From Basidiobolus meristosporus CBS 931.73 (lineage: Eukaryota > Fungi > Basidiobolomycota): 64,000 bases of DNA. The stretch spans positions 17,366-81,365 of the forward strand of contig MCFE01000399.1 of the NCBI GenBank assembly GCA_002104905.1, given 5' to 3'. Shown piece after piece: positions 28,521-42,417 of this stretch. The notes under the pieces were generated by a model, which had not been told where the DNA came from, made no database searches, and worked only from the letters and a program-made list of their open reading frames with translations. Numbering within the stretch: position 1 is the stretch's first letter; every line of letters begins with the position of its first letter. Both the position numbers and the translations under genes were made by a program.

Positions 28521-31500
28521 ATGGATTTGTCGGCTTACATGGTTCTGGAGTCGTTTCAAACAACAGGCATCAAGCATGTACCGCGTCTGCTACCCGAGAG
28601 TTGCGATTCTTGACGGTGGCACATGGGATCCGAGAGCCAACTCAGAATTCATCTTCACTCACCAATAGATGATGGTTTTATCTTACCAGTCCAGTCATCC
28701 TATTATTCTCAGTAACAGGTTCTTTCCAGATGGTACAACGAAAAATGAATTGGCTCTGATTCTCATCGGTGTCAGCCTTTATGTAAGCAGAAGATGATAC
28801 TTCACTCTTACCTAAAATGGGTATAGGAGATTTATTGTGTGACGTGGTTTATAAGCGCTTCCATACTTTCCATTATCGGCAGTGAGATTGCCATATTCGC
28901 CATTATAAATCATCGATTATGTATTATGTAAGTATGATTGTCTAGCGTCGTAGCAATATGCCGGACTCCTGAACTCTATCAGCCAAGATATGGATATTTT
29001 CTTAATTTGGCCTGGGCTCATGATCAGTTTCAGTTTGGGATTTCTTCTTATACCATCTCCCATCCCTCATATATCTGCCTATCCTCATGTATCAGGCTCA
29101 ACTTTGTATGCTCTCATACGGATTATGCCACTTTTGGAAAACTCCTTACACTACTCCTTGGAGAATATTAGAAAAGATTTAAGCAATGGAGTGATTGAAG
29201 TAGCGAAACTGAAATTAATCCCTCTTGTTAACGATTATCATACGGTCCTCGAAGTACAGGTGCGTTTCAACATCATATAATCATCCTTAGTAGTGGAAAT
29301 TTGATCCTAGTATTTGCTTTCAAGCTACTTCTACTTGAGCTAGCCCTTGCTGAAGGAAATTTTGTAAAAGGCCTTCAAGTATTAACGCACCTGTAAGTTC
29401 TTTCCAGCAAGAGGTGTCAATCATCATACTAAGCTTTTCCTATAGGCGAGCGAAGCACAAGTTCGAGGAGAAATACAAAGAACTCGTATGCCGCATCGTG
29501 CACTCTGCTTTACTCGAGTCAACAGAGGATCATGCTGGTACTACAACTAGTCATTGTCTCAAAGTATTCGGAAATGCTTACGTTTCTTATTTTGTTTATA
29601 GAGCTGTTTCGCCAAACCCCTAGCAATGTGCAAAAGGATTTATTGGTTGAAGTAGCAGGTATTGGCTTGTTTGCTTCTTTCGAAACACTTCAAACATAAC
29701 ACCAATTTTGAAAGAACTTTATTCGTTAACAAACCGATTGTTTGATGCCTCTCGTATTTTTGCATTTCTCTGCTTTTTGTTCCCTGAATTGGCCTGTCAG
29801 TATGGGGTAGAGTTCGGTAAATAATGTTACTCATTGAAATATCTTAACCATCGGAATCTTGCTTTAGCCGATTGCTGCTGACTTGGTCATCAAGGCAGAG
29901 AAACAAAGTAAACCATCGGTACCGGTCAACACATACCGTCGTTTCTTCTGTAAGTTACCTATACATCTATGTACTTCCGCATTTGATTTTCTAATTGATT
30001 TTCTCCAAGTATGTGGAATTTTGCCGCAGATTTTCTTGGACAAAGTAAGATGCAAGGGTCCGGAAACAAACGATCCTGACGATAAAAAGAACTGTCAGAA
30101 TATGGTATCATACGAGAATCTTCTGGAGTGGATGAAACTACATCAGGCATATTATATTGCTCAGATTGATTGGAGATCCATGTACCAATCTATGGTGCAT
30201 GTACTCAAACAATGTGGTTTTCTTCCTCAAAAATGGTAAGCTGTCCTTGCGAGATAGGCCGATATACGTTGATTCGAAAACTCACGATTTCAATTAATTA
30301 TGGCTTGCAGCGAAATATCTTCAATAGTGCCTGATGCGAATTCAAATATCATGTTTCCTGACGTTCTCTTGGAGTCGCTGCGTCTTCAAAAAATTGATTT
30401 GCCAGTTGATCTCAAGTCGCTATTCCTGACAACCTGCTTCACCCAAATCTGCTTTGAATATCAGTCATTGGTCTTTAATCCGACCAAATCCAACGGTATA
30501 TTCAATTTCTGACATGTATACCACCTTGCAGATTTTCTCATATCAGATCTAGAATGTTCAATTCCAGTTGGCGATTACAACGGTGCCAAAAAAACCAAGA
30601 AATCCAAAACAGGCAAATTGTCGAAGAGTAAACAGAAGTCCAAAGATGTCAGCTCAGCTAGACCCGTAACTGACGCAGCTACCCCAACATCTACATCAGG
30701 AGGTGGTTAACTCTTTTCGCTTACATCATATAGTACCAAGCTAACCCTACCTCAATAGAGAATTCGAAAGTATCCGCACAAACCACAATTACCCTGCGTA
30801 AAGCCCAAGAGATTCTTATTCTAATAGAAAGCACTGATGGTGGTCAGGTTTTGGAACAAATGATCAACGACTGGTCCTTGCCATTTCATATCACAAACGC
30901 AATACTGCTATGTAATGCAGACATACGTCTGATGGAGGTACTAGCAACACTTGTAAGCCGTAACCCTTTTGCTAGCTTAAAAATTGATGATATTATGGCT
31001 ATGTAGAAGCGCTACTCGGATTCGTACGAACTTTATCTCGAACTATCAAAAAGATGTCAAACTCGGTGGCGCTTGAAGAATGATATTGCGGATGGCACCT
31101 CGGTCTCATTTCATCCGCTGTATCAGTTTCGATTGCTTTACTCACTCAGCTTGGCTAGCGATCACATGGGACAATCAAAGGTATATGTTATTCTCAACTG
31201 TATTTACTAGCATATTTTGATGAGTTTGTCAGAATGCCCGAAAATATCTTTTTCCAATCTTGTATTCGGGAATTCCTTGTGGCTTCAACGACTTGAGTTT
31301 CGATTTCGAACAATCCTCCAAATTCCGCCTCCGACCAGTGTCCACAGCCGCGTTGCTTAGCCGCTGCATACAAAACCTCATAGTTTCATATGTAAACGAT
31401 ATTGAGCAATGCGGATTCGATCATGACCTCATAGGGGATCTTTTGGTTCTGTCACAATTTGCACCGGCACAACTGCCCGACCAACTACAGTGGATCTCTA

Positions 31501-31841
31501 CCTTGCTCATTCGTAGCGGCAGATTTGTTTACCGGGAATTCTTTCACTTTGTATTTTCTGAAGCCATACTTCAGCAGATCTTTCAAGTCAGGAATCTCAA
31601 TGATCTGTATATATCACTCCTACCCGTAAAAAATGAGACTTCATCGCCGGAACGATCTGAGGTATCACAAGTAGAGCAGAATCGAACGCTGGAAGCCCAT
31701 TTACAACTTGCACTAGAGAGAACACCAAAAAAGATGCAACTTCTCCGAGAGTTTAGCAAAAGGACATATCTTCGGGATCAGGGAGTGCCTGTACATGTAT
31801 GGCAACGTAATATACATTCTGTGATGGAATTCTGGAACTAG
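28521..31841 (+). CDS. INTS10: Large multi-exon helical protein, Integrator subunit 10-like (start and exon structure approximate)
   Basis: The C-terminal exon IGDLLVLSQF...SGRFVYREFFHFVFSEAILQQIFQVR...HLQLALER resembles the recalled animal INTS10 C-terminus (LGHVIVLLQQ...QGNFQYENFFNYV...FRLAMER). Many short exons with GT-AG ends lie upstream. Confidence 0.55.
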
Positions 31842-32068
31842 TAACCCTATTCTATTTCGGTGACCTGTAACACATGGTATATCTAATATGAATAAATAAT
31901 TGCATGTAAACACGTTCGAGCATTCTTCTGCTAAAGGGCAGTAAATAGTATTAATTTGAGATCAGTCTACTAGGAATGATTCTTTATTCCAAATTTCTAT
32001 CTACATCATAGCACCCTGATATGGCGTAACACGAAGGTTGAGTGAAGGAACGAGAGAGCATCCATTCG

Positions 32069-33242
32069 CTATAAACAAGAGGCCACGGGCTCCAACTTCA
32101 AAGTGGCCTGGACAATCTGCCCACCTTCCCAAACATCATCGGGGTCCAGCCTGATGGGATTAACGACGATACCACATTCGACACAGATCATACTCTTATA
32201 CTCATCATCTCCAAAGTCCGCCATACCATTGGCTCTCTCAACCCAGGGATTCCAAATCACAGCATCGTCTAGATTGTTCTTTCGGATAAACAACGCTTTG
32301 CCGTGACCATGGTTTAGTTTTAGCTCCAGCGAGGTAACGTTTTTGTACACACTATCGACTTCAGAATTGACCTGGATAGCAGAGCGATCTTCTTTACCCT
32401 CGATGCATTTGACCTTGTCTGTATACTGATACCCATGGAGTCCACTGACTGAAGCATTGGAGACATCCTGATATAAATAACAACAGGAGTTAATGGTCAA
32501 TTCTGTAGAAATGCATAACCAAGACTCACAGGAACTTGGAAGTAGGTATGAGGTCAAGTTGTGAAGTCAAAGGACTTTTCATTCTCGACAGATTCCGTAT
32601 TCTTCACCGTCAGATTAGTCTCCAAGGTATCTGCCTTCAGAATAACAGTGTATACCAACTCGAAAGTGAGCGGCCAGATTTTACGGAAATCAGGACCAAT
32701 TTGTACACCATTTAGGCCTACTCAATCGGGCTATTGGTCTCAGATAGATCAAACCAAGACAACATCAAAACTTTCCAAAACGAACTTTCACTTCGTCCTC
32801 AGCACTAGAAACCGTCCCAAGCCATTAACAACGAGTGATTCTAGCAAATCCGTGTTGCGGCAAACCAGCTGCTGGGTTGGGTGCCTCCGCTTTACCGAAG
32901 TTTGGGAAAACAAGTGGAATCCTGGATAAAAACTTGGCACATGATCATATCCAGTTTCATTCAGCAGTGCCCACTGACCCACCCCGGATGGCCTTCGTTC
33001 CGTTGAGAATCGCTTTTTGGCTATGTTGTGGTTAGAAATGGTTTTAGATAATGCCATCTTCGCGGTTGGAATATCACTCACCTAACAAAGAGTCTTTCTG
33101 CATCCTTAACCTTCCAGCTTGTAACAGTGGCCCCGTAAAGGCTGATTGTGGCAGCAGCACCTTCAGGGTGATTCAGCACTATTTGGTCAGGTGAACCATC
33201 CTCCGCCTGAATAATCCTAACTGCTTTCCTGGACCAAGTCAT
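32069..33242 (-). CDS. Glucose-6-phosphate 1-epimerase (aldose 1-epimerase family), multi-exon
   Basis: ISLYGATVTSWK, KAIRGG, VVFPNFG, PQHGFAR, HGYQY.D, EVDSVY, DAVIWNPW, MADFGDDEYKSMICVECG. Confidence 0.88.
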
Positions 33243-34148
33243 GATTTAATCAGGAATACCTACACAAAGCTTTTGGAATAGAGATGCTTATATTAGTTTG
33301 GTTTCCCATGGTATGCTGATTGTGCTATATATGTTGCATGGCAGCATAAGAGATCACGTGCAAAGACAATGTTTACGTATACAGACATTCGAAGGCATCG
33401 TGCGGTATTTGGATAAACAAACGGGATTAGTTTCCCCTTGTCTAGCTCTTCGATCTACCATTTCTGAGAGCCCAACTGGCTATTTTCTTTGAGAAATCCA
33501 AGGCAAGTGACGTAAGCAATGGTCAGGTCAATTAATTGCTGGCGAGGATCAAAGATGAAGATCGATCATATCAATGCATTGACGGATGACGCAGTGTAGT
33601 AGATCTCACCCAGTATTGTTGGTCACCATAGGATATACTAGGGACAAAATAGTTGATTTGGGATCAAAGGAAATAAACACAGTCTAGGCACTCCGTATTC
33701 CAAGCAGAATTTCGACCACACCTAGTCTACTCATTGAGCTACCTGAGCATAATGTTGATTGAGATGGTGGTTTAATAAGCACAGGCTTGATTTATTTGGC
33801 GATATAATTTTCAAATTATATATTTAATTCAGATTTCCTCTAGAGCATGCAGCAGTTCCCCCAAGTGCATCAGACTGAGTCCCCCGAAATTTCGATAATT
33901 TCCTTTTGTAAAAGATCGGGTTATGACAGAATGCCATAAAAGTTTCCACGTAATAGCATTAGTTTAGAAAGGTGATCAATTTGATTAGTTGAATGGGTGG
34001 TGGGCGTCATATTCGTATACCTTTGCCACAATTTGTCTCCTTTATTTTTCCTCAGCTGCATTTTTATTAAAGAAGGAACACTCAACTCCTTTTTACCCTC
34101 ATACTTTTAAAAAAGCAGAAACCTCGAGTAAATCGTAAACCAAAGATA

Positions 34149-37100
34149 ATGATACAATCTCCCTGTATTCACGTCCCTAGTAAGCGGACAGAAGAGGTCG
34201 ATTGGGCTACCCCTCTGAAAAAGTATATCGCTAGTAATTATCAAGATGACCCAGAAAAGTATCTGGAAGAGGTCAATACTATCAATAGACTTCGCCAAGA
34301 CATGCGTGGTGCTGGGAAAGATACTACAGGAAGAGATTTGCTTTATCGTTACTACGGCCAATTGGAATTACTTGATTTACGCTTTCCAGTTGATGAAAAC
34401 AACATCAAAATTTCCTTCACTTGGTACTATATTTTTTGAGCATTTTTAGTGTTCGACTATCTAACGGGCTCTTTATTTGCTTAGGTGTGACACTTTTACT
34501 GGTAAATCTACCTCCCAGTTCTCCCTAGCTTATGAGAAGGCGTGTACCATATTCAACATGGCCTCAACCTTATCAGCAATCGCTTCTTCCCAAGTTCGCT
34601 CGGAACCGGATGGCCTGAAGCGTGCTTTCAATTATTTCCAAGCTTCAGCTGGGATGTTTACCTACATTAACGAGAATTTTCTCCACGCCCCGTCTACCGA
34701 TCTCAGTCGAGATATCGTCAAAATACTCTCTCAGCTTATGCTGGCTCAGGCCCAGGAATGTTTCCTTGAGAAGAGTCTTGGCGAAAAAAAGAAAGACGCT
34801 CTTATAGCCAAGTTGGCCAGCCAAGCTTCGTGGTCGTATGGGTCAGTTGTTGATGCAATGAACGAAGGGGTTGCTAAGACTGCTCTTAGCCGCTGGTGGC
34901 ACATGGTTTGTCAGGTAGGTTGATTTATGACAACCAAGGTAAATGGTAACTGCTTTATTTATGAACAAACAATTATTATTAGGCAAAACAAAAGCATTAC
35001 CAAGCTGTTGCTCAATACCACAAAGCCCTGGCATGCGAAGCCGAAAACAAATATGGTGAGGTGGTTGCTCGTCTTACGTATGCAGAAACCAATGCCAAAG
35101 AGGCAACGAAATTGGTGAATACGTTTGCAAGTGGATTCACGCCCTCCTTAACATCCATCCCACCGGATGCCGCAACGGCGCTTCAAGATATTGCCAAGTC
35201 TTCTCAGACCATCATTTCGGAGAAATTGGTCTCTGCAACCAAAGATAATGATTTGGTTTACCATGACATTGTTCCAAATGTTGATGTGCTGCAACCAATT
35301 GACAAGCTTAATGCTGTCAAACCTATTCCAATTTCCGAACTTTACGGGCCTAACGAAATCCAGAAGGTCATTGGGGTTGATATTTTCCAAAGGCTAATCC
35401 CTTTATCTGTCCATGAATCATCGTCTCTATACTCCGAAGAGAAGGCCAAAATTATTCGCAAGGAGACGGAAAGAGTGGATCTTGCTGATGGTGAGCTAGA
35501 TGCGGCTTTATCATTCATGCAGCTTCCTGAATCCATTGAGAAGTTCAAGAACAGAAATGGAATGGGGGAGAAGTCGATCACCTCTCTTGCTCGGAGCACT
35601 CCCGAGGTGAAAGAGTGGGCTAGAATGATTAGCCAAGAAGAAAACGAGAGAGGAATGGTTGGGGAGTTAATTGTCACACTTGAAGGGCTCAGAGGCAAAG
35701 CTAAGGAATTGCTTGATGGTGTTGGCATTTCCCTAGAGCAAGAACAGCGTGATTGTGAAGCAATGAGGGTAATTCGCTTCCTGAAAGACATCTTGACACA
35801 ATCACATATTGATATTTATTCTTCTTTTACAGGTTAAATTTGGGGATCTCTGGACTCAAAGTCCTTCTGGTCCACTCACTGCCAGCTTCCGACAAGACAT
35901 CCGAACCCACCGCGAGGCTCTTGATAAGGCCATAGCTTCAGATCGGACTTTAATCTCAAGATTTGAAGAGATACATTCTTCTATCGAGGTACTTCGTGAA
36001 GGGGAGCACAGCGACAGATTGGAGCAAATGTTTGCTGAAGCAGTTGCCAGCGCTGCAGGATCTGGTAGGGGTAGTAATTCTGCTGAGAACTCTCTGCTTG
36101 ATACCGAGATGGAGGACGGGATCGAATCCAACATTACAAATATTGAGAAGAGTATTGAGAAGTTAAACAAGATTAAGAAGGAGAGACAGGAAACTCTTGA
36201 TGATCTGAAGAAAAAGGTTGGTTGTTTTATCTAGTAGGCATATTTACAGCCCAATTAACGCATTTCGTTCTACAGATTCAAGACGATGACATATCTCACT
36301 TGCTGATTTTGAACAAAAAATCACCAAACATCGAATCGCAGCTGTTTGCTACTGAACTAGAGAAATTTAAGGGACACCAAAATCGTATTACTGCAGCAGT
36401 GCATCATCAACAAGCTCTAATCCAAGAGCTCTCTGGTTACTTCAAGGCTCTAATGGAAGGAGCTGAAGCTAAACGAGTTCAACGTATCTGGGATAATGCT
36501 GAGGCCAAGAGAGACGAAGTAACTAATAAGCTTCGCACTGCGTCTAACGATTACATGGATATTAAGAACGGTGTTAGGTACGAGAAGACAATGCAATGTA
36601 TATGCTTTCTTAGTCACCTAATCCATTTTTTCTGTCTACAGAAAAGGAGTTCAGTTTTATGCAGACTTGAATGATGTCTTGGCTGATCTGAATGCCAATG
36701 CTCGGAGACTAGTTCACGATCGCGAACAAGAAAGACAATCTTTGATCCAGTCCATTGAGGGGAACAAAATTGAACGTGAGCATCAAGCGTTGAAGGAGCA
36801 ATTGGAGAAGTACCAAGATGTTCCTCTGGATCGCGGCCAACGTCATTTTGACAACCCTCCTGTAAACCCCAATTTTGCAAATTCGGCTGAGGCGAATATC
36901 TACGCAGATATGGCTATCAAGAAACTTACTGAGCAGGCCAACCGTCTTCATATCCATAATGAGGGCAATCAGCACGCTTATGCACCAGGCCCTGACGCCT
37001 CATCTCCATTCAACTTACCTCCTCCCGCACAGGCACCCAGTGCACCGATCCAGGGACCAACCAGATACAATAGTCAACCCGACTACCCTACCGGTGGTTC

Positions 37101-38889
37101 CACATTCTCACCTCCCCCACTCAACCCTCAAGGCCCTAATATCGCACAGGGTGTTTGCAAAACCCCGTCTTATGGATCAGACAAGGACCAGAGTGCATAT
37201 TATCCACCACCACAAAACGCGCAGGCACCAATGGCCAGGACCCCATCATACGGATCAGAAGCCGACCACCATAACCCATACTTCCCACCTGGTGGAAACC
37301 AACCACCATTACCGATGAATGCACCTCATGGTGCTCAACCTAATATGGGACCTGGGGGCTATCAAACTGCTCCATCGCCTTATATTAAACAAGATCCCCA
37401 ATTTAGAGCACCTAGACAACCTGCTCCACAGCATCCCCATGCTAATATCCATTCACCGGATGTTGCTGAACCCAGGCAGCTTTCTCCAGTAATTGATCGT
37501 AATCAAGCTCCAGTTGGTGGTTATCAAGGTCAATACGGTTATGCCCAGCCCCCATACCAGCAGCAGCAGCAGCAGCAACCCATTCAAACCTCACAACCTC
37601 AGAACTACTCTGCTCCGATTGGATATGGATATCAGCAGCAAACCCCAGCTTCCGAAAACGTTACTAGCCCACAAATGAACACACCTGGATGGCAATCCCA
37701 ACAGCAATATCAGAAAAATCTACCACCACGCCCTGAGTTCAACCCTGGCCCTGTGCAACCGACCCAACAACAACAATACCCTCACCAGAACCCTCAACTC
37801 AATCAATATCCTGGCTATGGTGGGTCGTCGCCTGTTCCGGGTCAAGCACAGGGACTACAAAGACAGCCCTCAAATTATGATTTACAGCTAAAGCAGCCAT
37901 CTCATCAAGGACAACATGTGGGAACAAGCGGGCAACCTATTCGTAACCAACCTCCCCAACAACCTCAATATCAAGGCTTTGATCAAAGCAGCCAAAGACC
38001 TGAACATCCACAATACTATAACGCACGTACTCAACAACCACAATACAATGCCACAGTACAGCAACAACCTCATCAACCACCACCACCACCACCACAACAA
38101 CAACAGCACCAGCAACACGTTCGTCCGAATATGTACCAAGAGGGAAATCAAGCCTCACATTCGCAATACCCTTATGGTAACGGACAAAGTGGGCAAGTGA
38201 TCTCATCACCTTATCAACCAACCAACCCAGCTACGTTATCTGGTGGCTCGGATAACTCATACGCATCTGCGTCACAAGTTCCACCTCAACAAGGATATCA
38301 ACCACAGCAAGCCCCGTATCAACAATACCATGGTCAACCCCAGAACCAACCACCTACTCAAGATCCAAGATTGAGAGAGGGCTCGACTGGACAACAGTTC
38401 TATCCTTACCAAGGAGGATCGGCTGGACAGATGGGTCATCAGCCCCCTCAGAATCAACAACCACCACCTCAACAAGAACACGCCCACCCCGGTTATCAAC
38501 AAAGACAAGGCTATGAAGTCCAACCTCAGCAATATCAGCAGTCCAACCAACAACAGCAATTCCAGACTACCCCTGGCCCCCATGGCTATCAACTGCAACA
38601 AGGCTACAACCCTGGCCCACCTCAAGGGCCTACTGGCTACGTTAACCCATCGCCTCAAGGATGGCAGCAAGGTGCACCACAGCAGCAGCAACAGCCAATG
38701 GGTAACCAATATCAAACACAAGGTGCGATCCAAGGCCAGCAGCCTCCTGCCCCACAGCAGCAATATCAGCCACAACAGCAGCAGCAGCAGCAGCCCGGAC
38801 AATGGAATGGTTACCCTCAACAGCAGGTACCACCACCGCCACAAGGGAACTTCTATGGAGGACAAGGCGGCGGATCTCTTTTGGATTAA
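34149..38889 (+). CDS. BRO1: ESCRT adaptor Bro1/ALIX with long Q/P-rich C-terminal region, multi-exon
   Basis: Bro1 domain (LYRYYGQLELLDLRFP, LAYEKACTIFN, KDNDLVYH, FQRLIPLSVHESSSLYSEEKAK), a V domain and a proline/glutamine-rich tail. Confidence 0.93.
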
Positions 38890-39409
38890 GATAGGAGATC
38901 AGCGGTTGAATCACCATGGGATACTAGCACCCCACTAGTTGGTTTTACCGGTGAGAATCATGTAAACCAGTCTGTCGACATTGGCATTTTCTGTTTTTCT
39001 TTTATGTAGCAAAAGATATTATTAGTTAATGTATAAATTTAAGAATCCCCTTCCCCAACATCCGGTCTGAGAAACAAATCATCTCATGAACTCTGTTTGA
39101 ATTCAATAAAACCCATCATTATCATTATCATTATCGGTTACACCAATGTTTACATTCGCATTAACATTGTACATCAAGTCGCCAAAAAGAGAGATCCTCG
39201 ATCAAGACAATTCCCGTCACAACCGCTGTGATGTTCAACATGGGTATTTGGTTTATTACTCTATATTACATATGTATATTTCTGTCTCTGATGGAGGATC
39301 CAATATAAAACTAGAACCTATCTAGGTTGCGTGCTCTATGTATGTGTACGTGCGTGAAAATGTATAAATATGGGAAGGGAATTTGATCAGGGTATGATGG
39401 GTTTGAACT

Positions 39410-40476
39410 TTAAGCTGCGGACACGATGGCACTGTAGTGGGGAGGGGCCACTATAGTTTCCATCGAGCACTCATATGACGGTGGTAATGGGATGATGTTG
39501 TAGCTTGGCAATTCTTCGTCAGTATCCAGACTTGGTGACGCGATAAGAATTGGAAGTTCGAAGTGGGCGCTAGTCAATTTGCCTTTGTAGCCGAGGTCAA
39601 TGCGTATCTGGAGGCGATGGGTTACCTCGATATACTCGTTGCTGGAATCGTAAACTTTAAGTGAGGAGGGGATTTTCACCATCAGCACCTTCTCGTTGTT
39701 CACAAGCTCCTCTCGAAACCAGACGAAGCTCATGTCTAACTTCTTCTCAGTTTCTCTGACAACCTGGTTGGGGTCTTTTGGAGATTTGTATACGATGTGC
39801 TGCTTCAATAGGCAAGCAGCAAGGAGAACCTTGTCTAGCTTGGTGTGGTCAGTGATTTCATGTTGAAGCTGTAGGGGGAACTCATCGCCAGGAGTGAATC
39901 GCTGGTTTGGAATGGTAAAGCGGCATGATAATTTGCTTTCCCACTCTTGCTCCATTTGAGTAACGTGACGAGGAGTCAATAGGGAATCCACGTAGCGCCA
40001 AATAGAAACCGGCTTCTCTGCCTTGAGTTTGGAGTACAACAAAGTTGTGTCAACCACAGCCTTGAATTTATATTGGATGGATCCGGATTCAGCTTTAATG
40101 GTCTCGGGTAAATCTCTAGGCATGGCGAGTGTGAAGTCATAACTGGTGGTCTGACCATTCTTGAATGTTTGGCTCACAGATGAGTTGAGGAAAGACCATT
40201 CTTTATGGTAGAAAACCGTCTCATTCTTACGAATATCTAGATGTGAGGAATCGATTAGAGATCAATATGTAACAATTTGACACATTATTGGTACATACCT
40301 GAAGCTGTTGAAACAGTATATCTTCCCTCGAACTGGAGTGTAATTTTGTTGACCTTGATCGTAGAATTGGGAGAAAATATCAAGGTTCCGCAGAGAATGT
40401 GATCACCGCTTCCGCCGTAGCCTTTGTAGAAAGTGTCTTGGTCCAAGACAATGTCGAGCTGTGTTTTCCTGGTCAT
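39410..40476 (-). CDS. Alpha-arrestin (arrestin-related trafficking adaptor), multi-exon
   Basis: GTLIFSP...KVNKITLQFEG; YDFTLAMPRDLPETIKAESGSIQYKFKAVV; IEVTHRLQIRI; C-terminal PY motifs LPSY, PPSY, PPHY. Confidence 0.85.
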
Positions 40477-41318
40477 TCTGGTTCCTTGAGAAGTATTTTG
40501 AAATCAGAAGGCCCTCCGTTCTCTTTTATAACATTTCGAGGGTGTGTCAGAAGGATAATGTCACCCATTTTAGATGAACCATATATAGTGCCATTATCTC
40601 TTCCCGTCCCACTTGACCCATATTTGCATACCAAAATTTTCAGATGCCTGCGATTAGAGATTACCTGAGCATCCAAAAAAGGATGCATTCTCGTATCAAC
40701 AAAGGGCCATAGCAATGGAGTGTAAATATCAAATGAATTCACTGATTTTAGGAGCACCATGAATCAATTGGAGTAGCTGGATTCAGAAAATATTTGAGAT
40801 GGATTTGCGATAGGGTGATTGGCGGACAATATGAAGAACCGATTGATAGATCTTGCCTTGTAAGGATTATCGATAATAGTCGGCAAATCAAGCATCTCAA
40901 CAGTGCATCTTTTTGTAACACAACTAGGTCTCTTCTGCGGATTTCAGATCATGATTGATATCAAGTCCGCCATAAATAGTTTTCCAATGTCTGAATTAAT
41001 AAGCTGCACTTCAACCATGATATCATTGATTAGCTTGATAAACATTTTAACGGGTGGATCGTTTTAAATACGTAAATTACGTTAATGAAAGCTCGATAGA
41101 TAATACTCCATCCACAGAATGGTGGACGAATTATTTAGCAGAAACTGCGGAACAGGATAGTTGTTATTTGGTAATACTGAATATCCATTTTCATGGATTA
41201 GGATACGTTTACTGGTTAAGGTAATCAGGATAATGTTAAATCTGTCAAATCTCTAGTGTGGAGATCTAGTTCGTAATGATTGTTTTGTTCAAATCTAATG
41301 TGTTTGGTTTGCTGGCAT

Positions 41319-41349
41319 GGTTCCGTGGGTGAACCTGCGGAAGGATCAT
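41319..41349 (+). pseudogene. Isolated 31-nt fragment of the 18S rRNA 3' end (helix 45)
   Basis: GGTTCCGTGGGTGAACCTGCGGAAGGATCAT versus the universal GGTTTCCGTAGGTGAACCTGCGGAAGGATCAT: one deletion and one substitution. Flanks are not recognisable 18S. Confidence 0.7.
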
Positions 41350-41688
41350 GAACACTCTAACAAATTGTCCAATACCAACCACTTGTGCACTGTTGAAGTA
41401 AGCTTTAGTAAAGTAATGGTGGCAACGTAATCTCTCGATCTGCCAGAGTTTCTACCAATACCAAACAAACATTGTATCAATCTGACTGAATCTATACAGT
41501 GCAGGGATTTTTCAACATTACCTAGAGCAGGGTGATAATCTAATATGTGCTGAGACTCGACACCAAACCAATTTGATCTACAACACGCTGAATATATATA
41601 GTATGTCAAATTATGATAGTTTCGCCTAGAAAAAGTGTTTATTCAGGTACTTAATCCAAGCGTATTGAAGGGGAAATTATCTAGGAAA

Positions 41689-42097
41689 TTAATGGGCACG
41701 ACGAGACTCAGCAATGACGTTGGACATCTCCTCGACCTTGGCCTTGGCACGGATGAAAGTACCGAGTCTCTTCTTGGCAAGCTTACGGGCACGCTTATCC
41801 TTGGAGTTTTTCAACAATTCCATGATACGACGTTCATATGGAGCAAAGCCAGCAACTTCACGAACGATTTCACGGACGAACTTAACGCGCTTGGAAGCAA
41901 CCTACGATGATAATGCGGCGAAGTTATTACCCAATTCGACCAAATCCATCTATAGATACTGTAGGTATCCATCCATTGAATTCGTTAAAAAAACTTACCC
42001 CCTTCTTGTGGGAAGGCTTGACCTTCAATTCACGACGAGTGGTGATGTGACCGTGGTTAGCACCAAGGATAATACCTGACTTCTGAGTAACGGCCAT
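41689..42097 (-). CDS. RPL36: 60S ribosomal protein eL36, 2 exons
   Basis: [70 protein letters not shown]. Confidence 0.96.
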
Positions 42098-42417
42098 TTT
42101 TGACTCTTCAAACGAAAATACACGTTTCGTCGTGGAAGAAATAAGAGAAGGAGCAATCTAGCCAGCGTCCTTGGTGGTCATAAAGCTTCCAATCCATCAT
42201 GGAAGTCCTTTTTTTGCGTATCACATGATTCATCGGAATTATTTTTTTTCTGGCAAGTGAATTTTTTCTAAACAAACATCACCACCGTTTTTGTTTCCCC
42301 AAGAGAAACAAATGTTGGAATGTAAATCCCCAGATTTCCAATAACCAGATCTTATATATTTGAAGTGTGCATTAATTTTGGTCAGTAACTTAAACAATAC
42401 CCAGTGTCCGGTTAAGT

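Noticed and set aside
36709-38938. Long hydrophobic antisense and alternative-frame ORFs over BRO1, and similar overlaps over SEC23, PEPCK, MTRR, RPL36 and the RTs
   Set aside because: Shadows of the real coding frame or of CAG/CAA repeats.
39114-39136. (ATCATT)n microsatellite between convergent BRO1 and arrestin 3' ends
   Set aside because: Short ordinary simple repeat.
41420-41450. 5.8S rRNA-like start downstream of the 18S fragment
   Set aside because: Similarity too weak and gapped to call.
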